Assembly: GCA_022774705.1 (NCBI GenBank)
Contig: JALFLM010000028.1
Coordinates: 1,066 to 65,065 of the forward strand
DNA from: Lachnospiraceae bacterium
GTDB taxonomy: Bacteria; Bacillota; Clostridia; Lachnospirales; Lachnospiraceae
DNA length: 64,000 bases
Reading direction: 5' to 3'
How positions within the stretch are numbered: the first letter of the stretch is position 1; every line of letters starts with the position of its first letter. The notes beneath the pieces are model-generated. The model did no database searches. It saw nothing but the letters and a program-made list of their open reading frames with translations, and was not told where the DNA came from. Positions 37,012-47,100 of this stretch are shown one piece after another. A program made the translations under genes and the position numbers.

Positions 37012-38246
37012 CAGTTTTCCTCGTAAATTCTGGCCACTGCTTCCATACAGTCACGCCAGGTACTGATGCAGAGATTATCTCTCAATCCAAAAAGAATTTT
37101 ATTCACAACCTTCGAAGCGGCCGTTTCGATTGCCTTTTCCAGTTCTTCCTTTTCTTCCTCAGAAGCATTCAGACGGCGCATAGGTTTCGTCAGGCGCAGT
37201 TCCACATCCTGCGCAGCCTGCGCACAGACCTGCTGAACCACCGGTACCAGATCTCTGCATCCATACCAGAGATTAAAATCATCGATAAATTCCTGCAGGA
37301 TTGTCTCTGCCTCTTCAGTTGCTTTTTTCAGCTGCTCATGCTCAATCTCCAGACCAAAACTGTCAATATCGTACAAAGTGATTCCATCCAGATTTCCCAC
37401 TTCTCTGTCGATATCCCGCGGCACCGCCAGATCAATCATAATGACATTCTTTTTTCTCGGAACCTGGGTGACCTCGCAGTATTTTACCGTACAATTGGGG
37501 CTGGCTGTTGCGCTGACCACCAGATCACAGTATTTCAGATATTCCATACGATCCCCGTAATTAATACGGGAACAGTTTCCGGGAATCTGAACCTGTCCGT
37601 TATGGTACTGTCGTACCGTAACCGTAACATCCGCGCCTTCTTTAATAAGCGCAGCTGCCGCAAGCTTTCCCATCTCTCCATTACCGATTACCATACAGGT
37701 CAGGCTTCCCAGATCGATTCCCTGAGCCTTCAGATTATGAACCGCACCCGTGATAGCCGAGGTATCATTTCCCGTCAGTCTGACCTGGGTCTTTACCTTT
37801 TTTCCTGCGGATACTGCTGTGCGAAACAGCGTTTCCAGTACTTTATCCGTACAGAAAACTTCTCTGGACAAAGACAGGGCATTTTTCACCTGAGTGATAA
37901 TCTGATCATCACCGATAATCTTGGATTTCAATCCGCAGGCCGTTTCGAACAAATGTCTGACTGCTTCATCCCCTTCACGCTCGGTGAAAAAGCACCTGTA
38001 CTCCTGTGTCGTAACCCCCTTCAAACCGCACAGTTCATCATACAGCGAAAACGGTACTTCTTCATCCACACTGACCCACAGCTCCATGCGATTGCAGGTT
38101 GAAAGAATAATGACTCCGTCAATCCCTTTTCGTTCTTTCAGCGTTTCCATGGCATGACAGGCTCCGGCCCGGGTAAAGGAAAAAAGTTCACGGTACTCCA
38201 CTGCTGCCTTGCTGTGGTCAATGCCTATCATTTTTATCTTGTTCAT
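37011..38246 (-). CDS. hemA: Glutamyl-tRNA reductase
   Basis: MIGIDHSKAAVEYRE, ILSTCNRMELW (catalytic Cys) and VIGNGEMGKLAA are present. The ATG at 38246 has a GGGGGAG RBS. The longer track ORF (to 38306) would run into the efp terminator. Confidence 0.9.
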   Translation of the reverse strand: MNKIKMIGIDHSKAAVEYRELFSFTRAGACHAMETLKERKGIDGVIILSTCNRMELWVSVDEEVPFSLYDELCGLKGVTTQEYRCFFTEREGDEAVRHLFETACGLKSKIIGDDQIITQVKNALSLSREVFCTDKVLETLFRTAVSAGKKVKTQVRLTGNDTSAITGAVHNLKAQGIDLGSLTCMVIGNGEMGKLAAAALIKEGADVTVTVRQYHNGQVQIPGNCSRINYGDRMEYLKYCDLVVSATASPNCTVKYCEVTQVPRKKNVIMIDLAVPRDIDREVGNLDGITLYDIDSFGLEIEHEQLKKATEEAETILQEFIDDFNLWYGCRDLVPVVQQVCAQAAQDVELRLTKPMRRLNASEEEKEELEKAIETAASKVVNKILFGLRDNLCISTWRDCMEAVARIYEEN

Positions 38247-38279
38247 GTTTCTCCCCCGACATATTTTTACATACTTCGT

Positions 38280-38312
38280 AAAAAAAGCTGGAACACATAC
38301 CCGCATTCCAGC
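38280..38312 (-). terminator. Rho-independent terminator of efp
   Basis: GCTGGAA (38287-38293) pairs with TTCCAGC (38306-38312). A 7-nt U run follows on the minus strand. Confidence 0.55.
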
Positions 38313-38352
38313 CTTTCAATCACATCATCATGCACATCATGCCGTGATTTGC

Positions 38353-38910
38353 TTATACTCTTGATAAATATTCGCCTGTTCTTGTATCGATCTTAATCTT
38401 ATCCCCAAGATTAACAAATAAAGGTACATAAACCAGTGCGCCGGTTTCTACAGTTGCAGGTTTTGTAGCGCCTGTTGCAGTATCACCCTTGAAGCCGGGT
38501 TCTGTATCTGTGATTTCAAGTTCAACAAACAGAGGCGGCTCAACTGCAAATACATTGCCCTTATGTGAAATAACCTTGACCATCTCGTTCTCTTTAACGA
38601 ACTTCAGAGCATCGCCGATCTGATCATGATTCAGACCGATCTGTTCAAATGTATTCATATCCATGAAGTAGAACAAATCGCCGTCATTGTACAGATACTG
38701 CATCTCAACTCTGTCGATACGTGCTTCTTCAAACTTTTCAGTAGGTCTGAAAGTCTTTTCAACAACACCGCCGTTGATAATGTTTTTCAGTTTGGTTCTT
38801 ACAAAAGCAGCACCTTTACCGGGTTTTACATGCTGAAATTCAATAATCTGATAGATGTTATTATCATATTCGATGGTAATACCATTTCTAAAATCGCCTG
38901 CTGATAACAT
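38353..38910 (-). CDS. efp: Translation elongation factor P
   Basis: 185-aa [40 protein letters not shown] and the C-terminal [13 protein letters not shown] are present. Confidence 0.95.
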   Translation of the reverse strand: MLSAGDFRNGITIEYDNNIYQIIEFQHVKPGKGAAFVRTKLKNIINGGVVEKTFRPTEKFEEARIDRVEMQYLYNDGDLFYFMDMNTFEQIGLNHDQIGDALKFVKENEMVKVISHKGNVFAVEPPLFVELEITDTEPGFKGDTATGATKPATVETGALVYVPLFVNLGDKIKIDTRTGEYLSRV

Positions 38911-39011
38911 AGAAAATTTCCTCCTTGAGTCGTTCCTTGCCTTTTAGGCCTTTCCGTTCCGAATACATATCAGAACAGTTCAATTCATTTTATACTAAAA
39001 ACAGTTCAATT

Positions 39012-39539
39012 TCAACTGTTTTTCCCGTTTTTCTGTGATTTCTGTTTACTGTAAAAAAACAGTACAATCTTTTCCAGGTAACGTTTTAATACAATCTGGA
39101 TTTCCTCTTTGGGATGAATCGGCTTTACCAGTATGCTGTAAAGCCCTGCTCTTCTTGCTCCGAAAACATCCGTAAAGATCTGATCGCCTACAAAAAATAC
39201 CTGATCTCCCGGCAGCCCCATCTTTTCAACCGCTTTCAGATAAGCCTTTTTTGACGGCTTATGAGCATCATATACATAAAAGGCTCCGCCAATATCCCCG
39301 GCAAACGAAGCAACTCTCGGCTCTTTGTTATTCGATATCAGACAGAACCGGTATCCCATCTCCCGAAGTTTTTCAAAATGCCGGATTGCCCTCTCATCCG
39401 CCGGTGCTCCGTGGGGAACCAGAGTATTGTCAATATCATAGATAATACCGCGGTATCCCCGGTCATACATCCGTCTGTAGTCAAGCGTAAACGTACTGTC
39501 CCGATATTCATCCGGATAAAAAGCTGATAACACTGCCAT
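39012..39539 (-). CDS. yqeG: YqeG-family HAD-IIIA phosphatase
   Basis: 175-aa ORF. IIYDIDNTLVPH, SNN, HKPSKK and VGDQIFTDVFGARRAG are present. Confidence 0.8.
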   Translation of the reverse strand: MAVLSAFYPDEYRDSTFTLDYRRMYDRGYRGIIYDIDNTLVPHGAPADERAIRHFEKLREMGYRFCLISNNKEPRVASFAGDIGGAFYVYDAHKPSKKAYLKAVEKMGLPGDQVFFVGDQIFTDVFGARRAGLYSILVKPIHPKEEIQIVLKRYLEKIVLFFYSKQKSQKNGKNS

Positions 39540-39542
39540 AGA

Positions 39543-40001
39543 TCAACCCTGCTTTCGATACAGTTTTTCCAGTTCAGCCAGAAATGTATTCACATCTCTG
39601 AATTCACGATACACCGAAGCAAAACGGACATAGGCAACTTCATCCAGTTCTTTTAACTGCTTCATCACCAGCTCGCCGATTGTATTGCTGCGGACCTCCT
39701 TGTCCTCCATCGAATAAATCTGTGCTTCGATACTGTCTACTGCAGCATTGATCGCACTGGTCGAAACCGGACGTTTGTGACATGCCCGCATAATTCCGCT
39801 TTCGATTTTGGAACGATCGTAAGGCTCACGGTTGTTATCTTTTTTAATCACCATCAGAGGTATGGTCTCAACCTTTTCGTAAGTCGTAAACCTGCGGCTG
39901 CAGGCATCGCACTGCCTGCGCCGTCGGATCGAACTGTTATCCTCTGCCGGTCTTGAGTCTATTACTCTTGTATTATCTTCACCACAATACGGACATTTCA
40001 T
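39543..40001 (-). CDS. nrdR: Transcriptional repressor NrdR
   Basis: 152-aa ORF. MKCPYCGEDNTRVIDSR...RRRRQCDACSRRFTTYE is the zinc ribbon, followed by an ATP-cone. Confidence 0.95.
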   Translation of the reverse strand: MKCPYCGEDNTRVIDSRPAEDNSSIRRRRQCDACSRRFTTYEKVETIPLMVIKKDNNREPYDRSKIESGIMRACHKRPVSTSAINAAVDSIEAQIYSMEDKEVRSNTIGELVMKQLKELDEVAYVRFASVYREFRDVNTFLAELEKLYRKQG

Positions 40002-40005
40002 AACT

Positions 40006-40278
40006 TTATTTCTCCTGTTTTCCCTGCTTCCCGCAGGAAAGTTCCTTTGGATTTATCTCTACCAGTATGATCTCCTCACCAAACTGCTTCACACAGCAGA
40101 AAGGTATCACAAATTCATTATCCTTCCCCCGGCATGAAAACAATCTGGGAGGTCCCGGAATAATCAATGCTTCAATTAATCCCGTTTTGGGACAGAATTC
40201 CACGTCTGATACAAATCCCAGTTTTCTGCAGTCACAGATATTTACTACTTCTTTGTCACGACAGTCAAACAATCTCAT
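40006..40278 (-). CDS. ylmC: YlmC/YmxH-family (PRC-barrel) sporulation protein
   Basis: MRLFDCRDKEVVNICDCRKLGFVSDVEF...GLIEALIIPG matches the family N-terminus, so I prefer the ATG at 40278 to the track start at 40317. Confidence 0.7.
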   Translation of the reverse strand: MRLFDCRDKEVVNICDCRKLGFVSDVEFCPKTGLIEALIIPGPPRLFSCRGKDNEFVIPFCCVKQFGEEIILVEINPKELSCGKQGKQEK

Positions 40279-40341
40279 AAAATCAGGCTCCGAAAAATCT
40301 TCCGTTCCTCTTATCATATGAGAAAAGGTGACTGCTTAATC

Positions 40342-41931
40342 TTACCAGCGTCCGAATTCTGCCAGTTTCAGATCAGGATTCCTTTCTTCCACCATACCCA
40401 CGCTCCATCTGTTGGCAAAGAGAAGAAGAGGATTACCCTTCAGATCCTTGATCCGCTTCATGTCGGAAGTTCCCTGAATCTTATTCACATCAATATCTTC
40501 ATTCTCAATCCAGCGGATATACTCATAGGGAAGCTGCTCCAGACGCACTTCCACATTGTATTCGGTTTTCAGACGGTGCACCAGCACATCAAACTGCAGC
40601 ACGCCGACTACACCTACTATGATCTCTTCCATACCTGTGTTGAATTCCTGGAAAATCTGAATGGCACCTTCCTGCGCAATCTGACTGACGCCTTTTATGA
40701 ACTGCTTTCTCTTCATGGTATCCGTCTGACGCACTCTCGCAAAATGCTCCGGAGCAAACGTGGGGATTCCCTCAAAAGCAAACCGGGTTCCGGGCTGGCA
40801 GATTGTATCACCGATATTAAAGATACCCGGATCAAACACACCGATAATGTCACCCGCATATGCTTCTTCCACGATCTTCCTTTCCTGAGCCATCATCTGC
40901 TGAGGCTGGGAGAGCTTGATCTTTTTCTCGCCCTGAGTATGGTAAACCTCCATACCTGCTTCAAATTTACCGGAGCAGATCCGCATAAATGCAATACGGT
41001 CTCTATGAGCCTTGTTCATATTCGCCTGAATCTTGAACACAAAAGCTGAAAACTGATTCTCAACCGGATCGATCAGGCCAATATCGGAATTTCTTGCCAT
41101 CGGCGCATAAGTCATGGCGAGGAAATGCTTCAGGAAAGTTTCTACACCGAAGTTCGTCAGTGCGGAGCCGAAAAATACCGGTGACAGTTCCCCCCGGCTG
41201 ACCATCTCCTGATCAAATTCCTGCCCTGCGCCATCCAGCAGCTCAATATCTTCCATCAGCTGATCATAATACTGGAATCCGATCACATCTTCCAGATTGG
41301 GATCATCTATGGAAATATTCTCCACAGCTACCTCTTTCATACCACTGTCCGCTGCCGTAAATTTGGAGATTACCCTTGTGTTTCTGTCATAGGTTCCCTT
41401 AAAGTTTTTACCGCAGCCGATAGGCCAGTTTACAGGACATGTAGCAATCCCAAGAACATTCTCAATGTCATCCATCAGCTCAAAAGGATCATTGGCTTCC
41501 CGGTCCAGCTTATTGATAAATGTAAAAATCGGTATATGCCGCATCACACATACTTTGAAAAGTTTAATTGTCTGCGGTTCCACACCTTTTGATGCGTCAA
41601 TTACCATAACTGCAGAATCTGCAGCCATCAATGTCCTGTACGTATCTTCTGAGAAATCCTGATGCCCCGGAGTATCCAGAATATTGATACAGTATCCATC
41701 GTATTCAAACTGCATTACAGAAGAAGTAACAGAAATACCTCTTTCTTTTTCAATTTCCATCCAGTCTGAGACTGCATGTCTTGCCGTTTTTCTTCCCTTA
41801 ACAGACCCGGCCAGATTAATCGCCCCGCCGTAAAGCAGCAGTTTTTCCGTTAATGTGGTTTTACCGGCATCCGGATGCGAAATAATGGCAAAAGTCCGTC
41901 TTCTCTCTATTTCCTGTTTCAGGTCAGACAC
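40342..41931 (-). CDS. prfC: Peptide chain release factor 3 (GTPase)
   Basis: 529-aa ORF with a GTG start. RRTFAIISHPDAGKTTLTEKLL, DTPGHQDF and NKLD G-motifs are present. Confidence 0.95.
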   Translation of the reverse strand: MSDLKQEIERRRTFAIISHPDAGKTTLTEKLLLYGGAINLAGSVKGRKTARHAVSDWMEIEKERGISVTSSVMQFEYDGYCINILDTPGHQDFSEDTYRTLMAADSAVMVIDASKGVEPQTIKLFKVCVMRHIPIFTFINKLDREANDPFELMDDIENVLGIATCPVNWPIGCGKNFKGTYDRNTRVISKFTAADSGMKEVAVENISIDDPNLEDVIGFQYYDQLMEDIELLDGAGQEFDQEMVSRGELSPVFFGSALTNFGVETFLKHFLAMTYAPMARNSDIGLIDPVENQFSAFVFKIQANMNKAHRDRIAFMRICSGKFEAGMEVYHTQGEKKIKLSQPQQMMAQERKIVEEAYAGDIIGVFDPGIFNIGDTICQPGTRFAFEGIPTFAPEHFARVRQTDTMKRKQFIKGVSQIAQEGAIQIFQEFNTGMEEIIVGVVGVLQFDVLVHRLKTEYNVEVRLEQLPYEYIRWIENEDIDVNKIQGTSDMKRIKDLKGNPLLLFANRWSVGMVEERNPDLKLAEFGRW

Positions 41932-42001
41932 TTTTGTTTTCCTTTCAGTCTTTTAATATTGTAGATTCTATTTCAAAATTACACACATCAAGTTATTATA
42001 C

Positions 42002-42817
42002 TTAAAAAGTGCTTCCTTGACAACAGCTTTTGGAAATTTTGCGAAAATCCCGTTTCCATCCTCTGAAAATCTCTTCGCTGTTATCTCCGTAATCCTTCCC
42101 GTCCATCTCCTGCTCGATTTTTTCTTTTTTCCTGTTGAAGTTTTCCTGCCACTTTCGCATGGTAATCACATGAATTTCGGAAAAAATACCAGGATCACAG
42201 ACCTGTACCGGGCTGATGCAGGACAACTCAAACAGTTCCTGCAGAACAGACTCCTGATGAAGATATTCATACGCTCTGGACAACGCATCTCCGGCTGCCT
42301 TCCATTCAAACGCAGCCATATAAATCTTCCCCAGGCTGTAATAAATCATCCCTGTTTCTTCATCGCTTTTTCCGATTCGCTTCTGCCCGTTATCATGAAG
42401 CAGCTGAAGATATATCTCCGCAGCTTTGTCATATTCTTTATGCTTCAGGAAAAGATCAGCCTGAAGTTTCTTTTTCCCTGAATCCGGGAGCTTCTGAAAA
42501 ACGGATACCTTTTCTTTCAGAAACTTCCGTTCTGTTTCATCCATATCTCCTGTGGCACAGGCCAGCTCTCCGGCCAGAACCACAGAGCTGACCTGAGATA
42601 CCCTGGAAACAACCAGTTCCGCCAGATCACGCCTGTTCAGGTCTTCGCGAAGGAAACGCATCAATTCCGTATCAAAAAACGCGTCATCAATCAGATACAG
42701 GAAATGCTGCAGAAAATAACTCAGTTCTTCCAGAGAATAGAGGTGAATTCCGGCAGCAGCCACATACAAAGGATTTTTTACTTCTCCGGTATCCAGGCAC
42801 CTGACAATTCTTCCCAT
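42002..42817 (-). CDS. Hypothetical cytoplasmic protein with a TPR-like helical segment
   Basis: 271-aa ORF, 18 bp downstream of the 423-aa ORF. ...KHKEYDKAAEIYLQLLHDN...GMIYYSLGKIYMAAFEWKAAGDALSRAYEY resembles TPR helices. No catalytic motif recognised. Confidence 0.7.
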   Translation of the reverse strand: MGRIVRCLDTGEVKNPLYVAAAGIHLYSLEELSYFLQHFLYLIDDAFFDTELMRFLREDLNRRDLAELVVSRVSQVSSVVLAGELACATGDMDETERKFLKEKVSVFQKLPDSGKKKLQADLFLKHKEYDKAAEIYLQLLHDNGQKRIGKSDEETGMIYYSLGKIYMAAFEWKAAGDALSRAYEYLHQESVLQELFELSCISPVQVCDPGIFSEIHVITMRKWQENFNRKKEKIEQEMDGKDYGDNSEEIFRGWKRDFRKISKSCCQGSTF

Positions 42818-42835
42818 ACAAGATCCCTCCTGACT

Positions 42836-44107
42836 TTAAACATTGTAACTCTGCTCTATTATCTGTCCGGTTGACGGATAAAACTCTCCAAAGCCCAGAT
42901 CCTCCACCCGTACTATCATGGTGTTAACCCGGGGGAAAGCAATTGAAAGCCTGATTTTCGTTCTGGATCTTCCATCACTCATGAATGCTGAAAGATCCAG
43001 CGGCAGTTTATAGCTTTCCTGCGCTCCGGTATTCCTGACAAACAGATTCAGACAGTTCTGCCCGATCAGATTAAGATCAGTCGATGTTCTGGCTTCATAA
43101 CAGCTCGTACCTGCCCGTGCAAGAACCAGCTGTTCATTCTCCCCCTTTTCATCAACAAATATACTAACCGTTACGCTGATTCTTCCATCACAGATACAGC
43201 GATACGGAAAATTCCTGTATTCATCCGCAATATGATATGCCGCAAAAGCGGCACCCATACCATATAAGGCCTCTGCCTGATAAACTTTTCTGTTTTTCTG
43301 TGAAGAAATACTCAAAATAAATTGTCTGGCCCAGGAAATATTATGAAATCCCTCGCCGCAGAGCATAACGCTGCTGACAATCTTTCCGGACATTTTTTTC
43401 TGTGCCAGCCCCGCAAACCAGCGGTCTGCCGCAATTCTCTCCTCTCCTTCCTTCGCGGTCATCTCCATGGAAGGGGCACCGTCGATCCTCTCCACATGTG
43501 CCTGGGCAGTAACAGGACGCAGACCTTTAATCTGACTGACCTCATAACAGAACAGCCCTTTTCGGCTGTAATCAAACAACAGACTGACATTGCTCCATAT
43601 CTCGCGTTTCTGGCTCATCAGATAATACATAAAAGATTCCTGACGATTCAGAACATGAATGTTCAGAGGATCCATTCCCAGCCTGCTGCAGATCCGGCTG
43701 ATTTTCTCTGATTCCCGTATTCCCGCCTTTTCCAGACAGATTGCGAGACTTCCGACCTGATTCATACCGGAGCGTTTCACAGCCTCGTTAAGAACATAAT
43801 TCATATACTCCTGCAGCATATCTTCATCAGTATAACATTCTCCATCAATTTTCAGATACTGACCACTTTGAAACAGAGATACCAGACGGTTCAGGACAAC
43901 GCAGCCTTCCTTTCCCCTGGATTCCCAGGCTTTTTCGCCTGCATACCATCGATGCTCATTCTCATCAAAGCACAGACAGGCAGGAATTTCATATATTCCG
44001 GCCTGATTTTCCAGTTTCTGAACTGTCCTGCTTTCAGGATTAAACCATGCCATGCTGCATCCGGCATCATCCAGTTCAATTCCCAGATATAAACTTTCCA
44101 TCCTCAT
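42836..44107 (-). CDS. Hypothetical protein with a degenerate Hsp70/actin-fold ATPase-like N-domain and a beta-rich C-domain
   Basis: 423-aa ORF. LGIELDDAGCS (aa 8-18), HVLNRQESFMYY (151-162), LLFDYSRKGLF (176-186) and VMLCGEGF (247-254) line up with the Hsp70 phosphate-1, connect, phosphate-2 and adenosine motifs, but the Gly-rich loops are substituted. Confidence 0.7.
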   Translation of the reverse strand: MRMESLYLGIELDDAGCSMAWFNPESRTVQKLENQAGIYEIPACLCFDENEHRWYAGEKAWESRGKEGCVVLNRLVSLFQSGQYLKIDGECYTDEDMLQEYMNYVLNEAVKRSGMNQVGSLAICLEKAGIRESEKISRICSRLGMDPLNIHVLNRQESFMYYLMSQKREIWSNVSLLFDYSRKGLFCYEVSQIKGLRPVTAQAHVERIDGAPSMEMTAKEGEERIAADRWFAGLAQKKMSGKIVSSVMLCGEGFHNISWARQFILSISSQKNRKVYQAEALYGMGAAFAAYHIADEYRNFPYRCICDGRISVTVSIFVDEKGENEQLVLARAGTSCYEARTSTDLNLIGQNCLNLFVRNTGAQESYKLPLDLSAFMSDGRSRTKIRLSIAFPRVNTMIVRVEDLGFGEFYPSTGQIIEQSYNV

Positions 44108-44177
44108 ATCAACTTTCTATTTTTATTAAACAATATAAACGACGTTTTGCCGTAATGCAGAACATCTCTGAAATCTG

Positions 44178-47100
44178 TTATTTTCCTACAGAGTCCACCA
44201 GTTTCAGCATTTTTTCATAGTTTTTCATTTTCTCTTCAACCGGTTTCCCGTTTTTCAGGCAAAGGGCTATTTCCTGCAGGATGCCATAACGATCTGTCCG
44301 TTCTGCGGATTCTGTCTCTGCACATTCTGCCTGACGATCATAATTCTTCATTGCATAATCCCGACTCTCTGTATATTGCCACTCCGTTGTCTGTTCGCCG
44401 CAATGAAAACGGTAACAGACTTCCTCTCCGGAAAATATTACAATCCCGGCAGAATACAGACAACTGTACACCTGCCAAACCTTCACCCGATATTTCGACT
44501 CCGGCTCGCCGTCCACATAATATTCCAGCCACAAACTTTTCTGTTCTTTTTTTACTCTGTCACGAAGATCTTCATGGAATGCACCTGCCGGAGAAAGGTT
44601 TACAGAAAGAACCGGTATTGATAACAGCCCGTATTGAGCAGCCTCTTTTTGAACAAAATCCAGATTCATCCCCAGTGCAAGCATATTCTGACACATTTCT
44701 TTCAAAATAATATGCTCAATCTCATGGTTCAGGCCGGATTCCTGATCATATTTCAGACAGGCCAGCTGGCACGGAACAGTGAGAGCGGAGAGATTCCCGG
44801 AATGAATTACCATGCTCTGCAGCGCTGCCATGACATCTGCTTCCATATCACTGCTTTCGCATAAATATTCATGGCAGATTCTGTTGATCGCTGCCCGAAC
44901 CAGAAGTTCAGCCTGCTCCAGTTCCACAACTGAGACAAATACCTCCTGAAGCATATCCATGTCCGTCTCTTCTTCCATCAACAGGTTCAGAAGCAAACTC
45001 AGCTTTAATTCATCACAATTCAGATTTCTGTCCCGACAGACTGTGTATAAACTTTGAATCAGTTCTTTTTTCCCCTGACAATTCCGCGCCAGATACCTGA
45101 GCAGAAAATCATCAAGAATTCCTTTCTGAAACAGATATGTCAGAAGATTCATCAATTCAATACTCGTTTCATTCTCCGGATACCGCGCAAGTGCCTCTGC
45201 CAGTTCCAGAAGCAGACCATCATCCACAGATTCCCAGGATAAACCGGATAAAAAGCCGGCCGCTTCTGTGTAGTACTTTCTATGAATCAGAATTTCAGTA
45301 AAAGCTGACATCTGTTCCCCGTTCATCATATCAGAGTATCTGCAGACCGCCTGAATATCTGAATGTTCAAAACGTCTTCCACTTTTATCTTCCATGATAA
45401 AATCAATCAGTTTTTTTCTAAAATTATCATCCAGTGATTCATCTTTCAGATACTGCATACACAGTCGGAAATCACAGGAACCGAAATCTCCCTGAAGAAT
45501 CCGGTCATGTGTTTTCATCAGAAGCAGGGTTTCATCGTCCGGGCAGAGTTTTTCACAGCATTTCATCAATTGTTCATCCTGCATAAGGGGACAGACTTTC
45601 AGATTCATTCCCCCGATTCTTTTTCCCTGACGGTCCTGCAGATGAAATCTTCCATTTCCCCCGGGCACGCACAAACAGGTTTTTCCATTAATAAATACAC
45701 TTGTCTGAGGTTCCTTATAAATACCGCTTTCAAAAACAACCTGGTATCCGTCCGGAACCTGTGCCTTAACCTGCACCAGATACAGCATGGGAATCAGAGC
45801 CTGAGCCAGTTCACTGTCCAGAATATCAGGTGTAATGATTTCCCCTGCAAGAAGAGCCAGATCCTCACTCCAGCAGCTTCTCATAATCTGATTTTTTACA
45901 AAATCCTGCATACCACGAGTATAGTGAGTATAAATCCGGTCATCTTCCGTATAGAACTGCAGCACATTCAGCAAAAGCTTTGTATAAATCTGAGGATTCA
46001 CCAGTTCATCCAGTGAAAAATAGAGCAGAACTTCACGGTTTACAGGTTTCTCATAACCGGAAGGCAAAGTATACATATAGTAATCGAAAAGTCTTGCTAT
46101 TTTCATGCCTGCTTCAACAGCCTGCTCATAAAATGCAAATGCACGGCTGCTTTTCCTGTCAGATCGGATCATCACAGTACACAATGCTGACAGCATCTCT
46201 CTGGAAGGATACTGTTCATACATTTTTTCATACATCCTGCATATATATGCCGTATACAATTCAGGTCTGCACAAAGATACACTTTCTGCGGTTTTTCCTG
46301 ATATCATATGTTTATTAATACCGGTATACAGGCAGTGGCCTGTCCATTCGTCAATTCCTGCATCCAGTATCTTTTCCATCCGTGGATCATCCAGAAGGGA
46401 AGCGCCATAAAAGAACAGATACGGGCTGGTATTGCCGTTATGATATAGACGCTGCAGTTCTTCCCACAGATTCACCGGTTCCCTGTCCGCAAGCTGCAGG
46501 CATCCGCAGCACAGAAGCAAAACCATATCCGGATCTCCGGGTTCTTTATCCAGCGCCATCTGTATGTAGCTTCCAAGCTGCTGTTTTCTGACTGCTGCCT
46601 CCCGCATCTGATGCTGCGTCCGGGCAATTCCATACTGCAGGTTCAAAAGCATGCAATACTCAATACAATGCTGCTTTCTGGCAGAAATAATCACATTACG
46701 GATCTTGCTTTCAAGTTTTGCTGCATATGCAGCATTGCCGTTTTCAAGAGCAGCCATCGCTTCATATAGTTTATACCGGATACAATCCGGTCTCAAACGG
46801 ACAAGGGTCTGAACTCCGGCAGTAATCATCCCCAGCAGTTCTGTCTGCTTTTCCTGCATCTTCTCCTGCCTGAAAAGAAGCAGCCTTTCCAGATTCAGCT
46901 TTGTCAAACGGATTTTTTCTTCTTTTTCTCTGCGGATATTCCGGGGAAGTGTCCTCCGGCGGGGTATCTGTCCGCTTTCACCTGAAACTTTTTCAGTACT
47001 ATTTTCTTCGGAACAATGCTTTTCCTCCGGCACTTTGAAATGCAGCGGAATCACATATTCACCACCGTTATAACGCAGAAGTATCCCATCGGTACTCCAC

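Noticed and set aside
38247-38306. 20-aa N-terminal extension of hemA in the track
   Set aside because: It would overlap the efp terminator hairpin (38287-38312). The ATG at 38246 has a GGGGGAG RBS.
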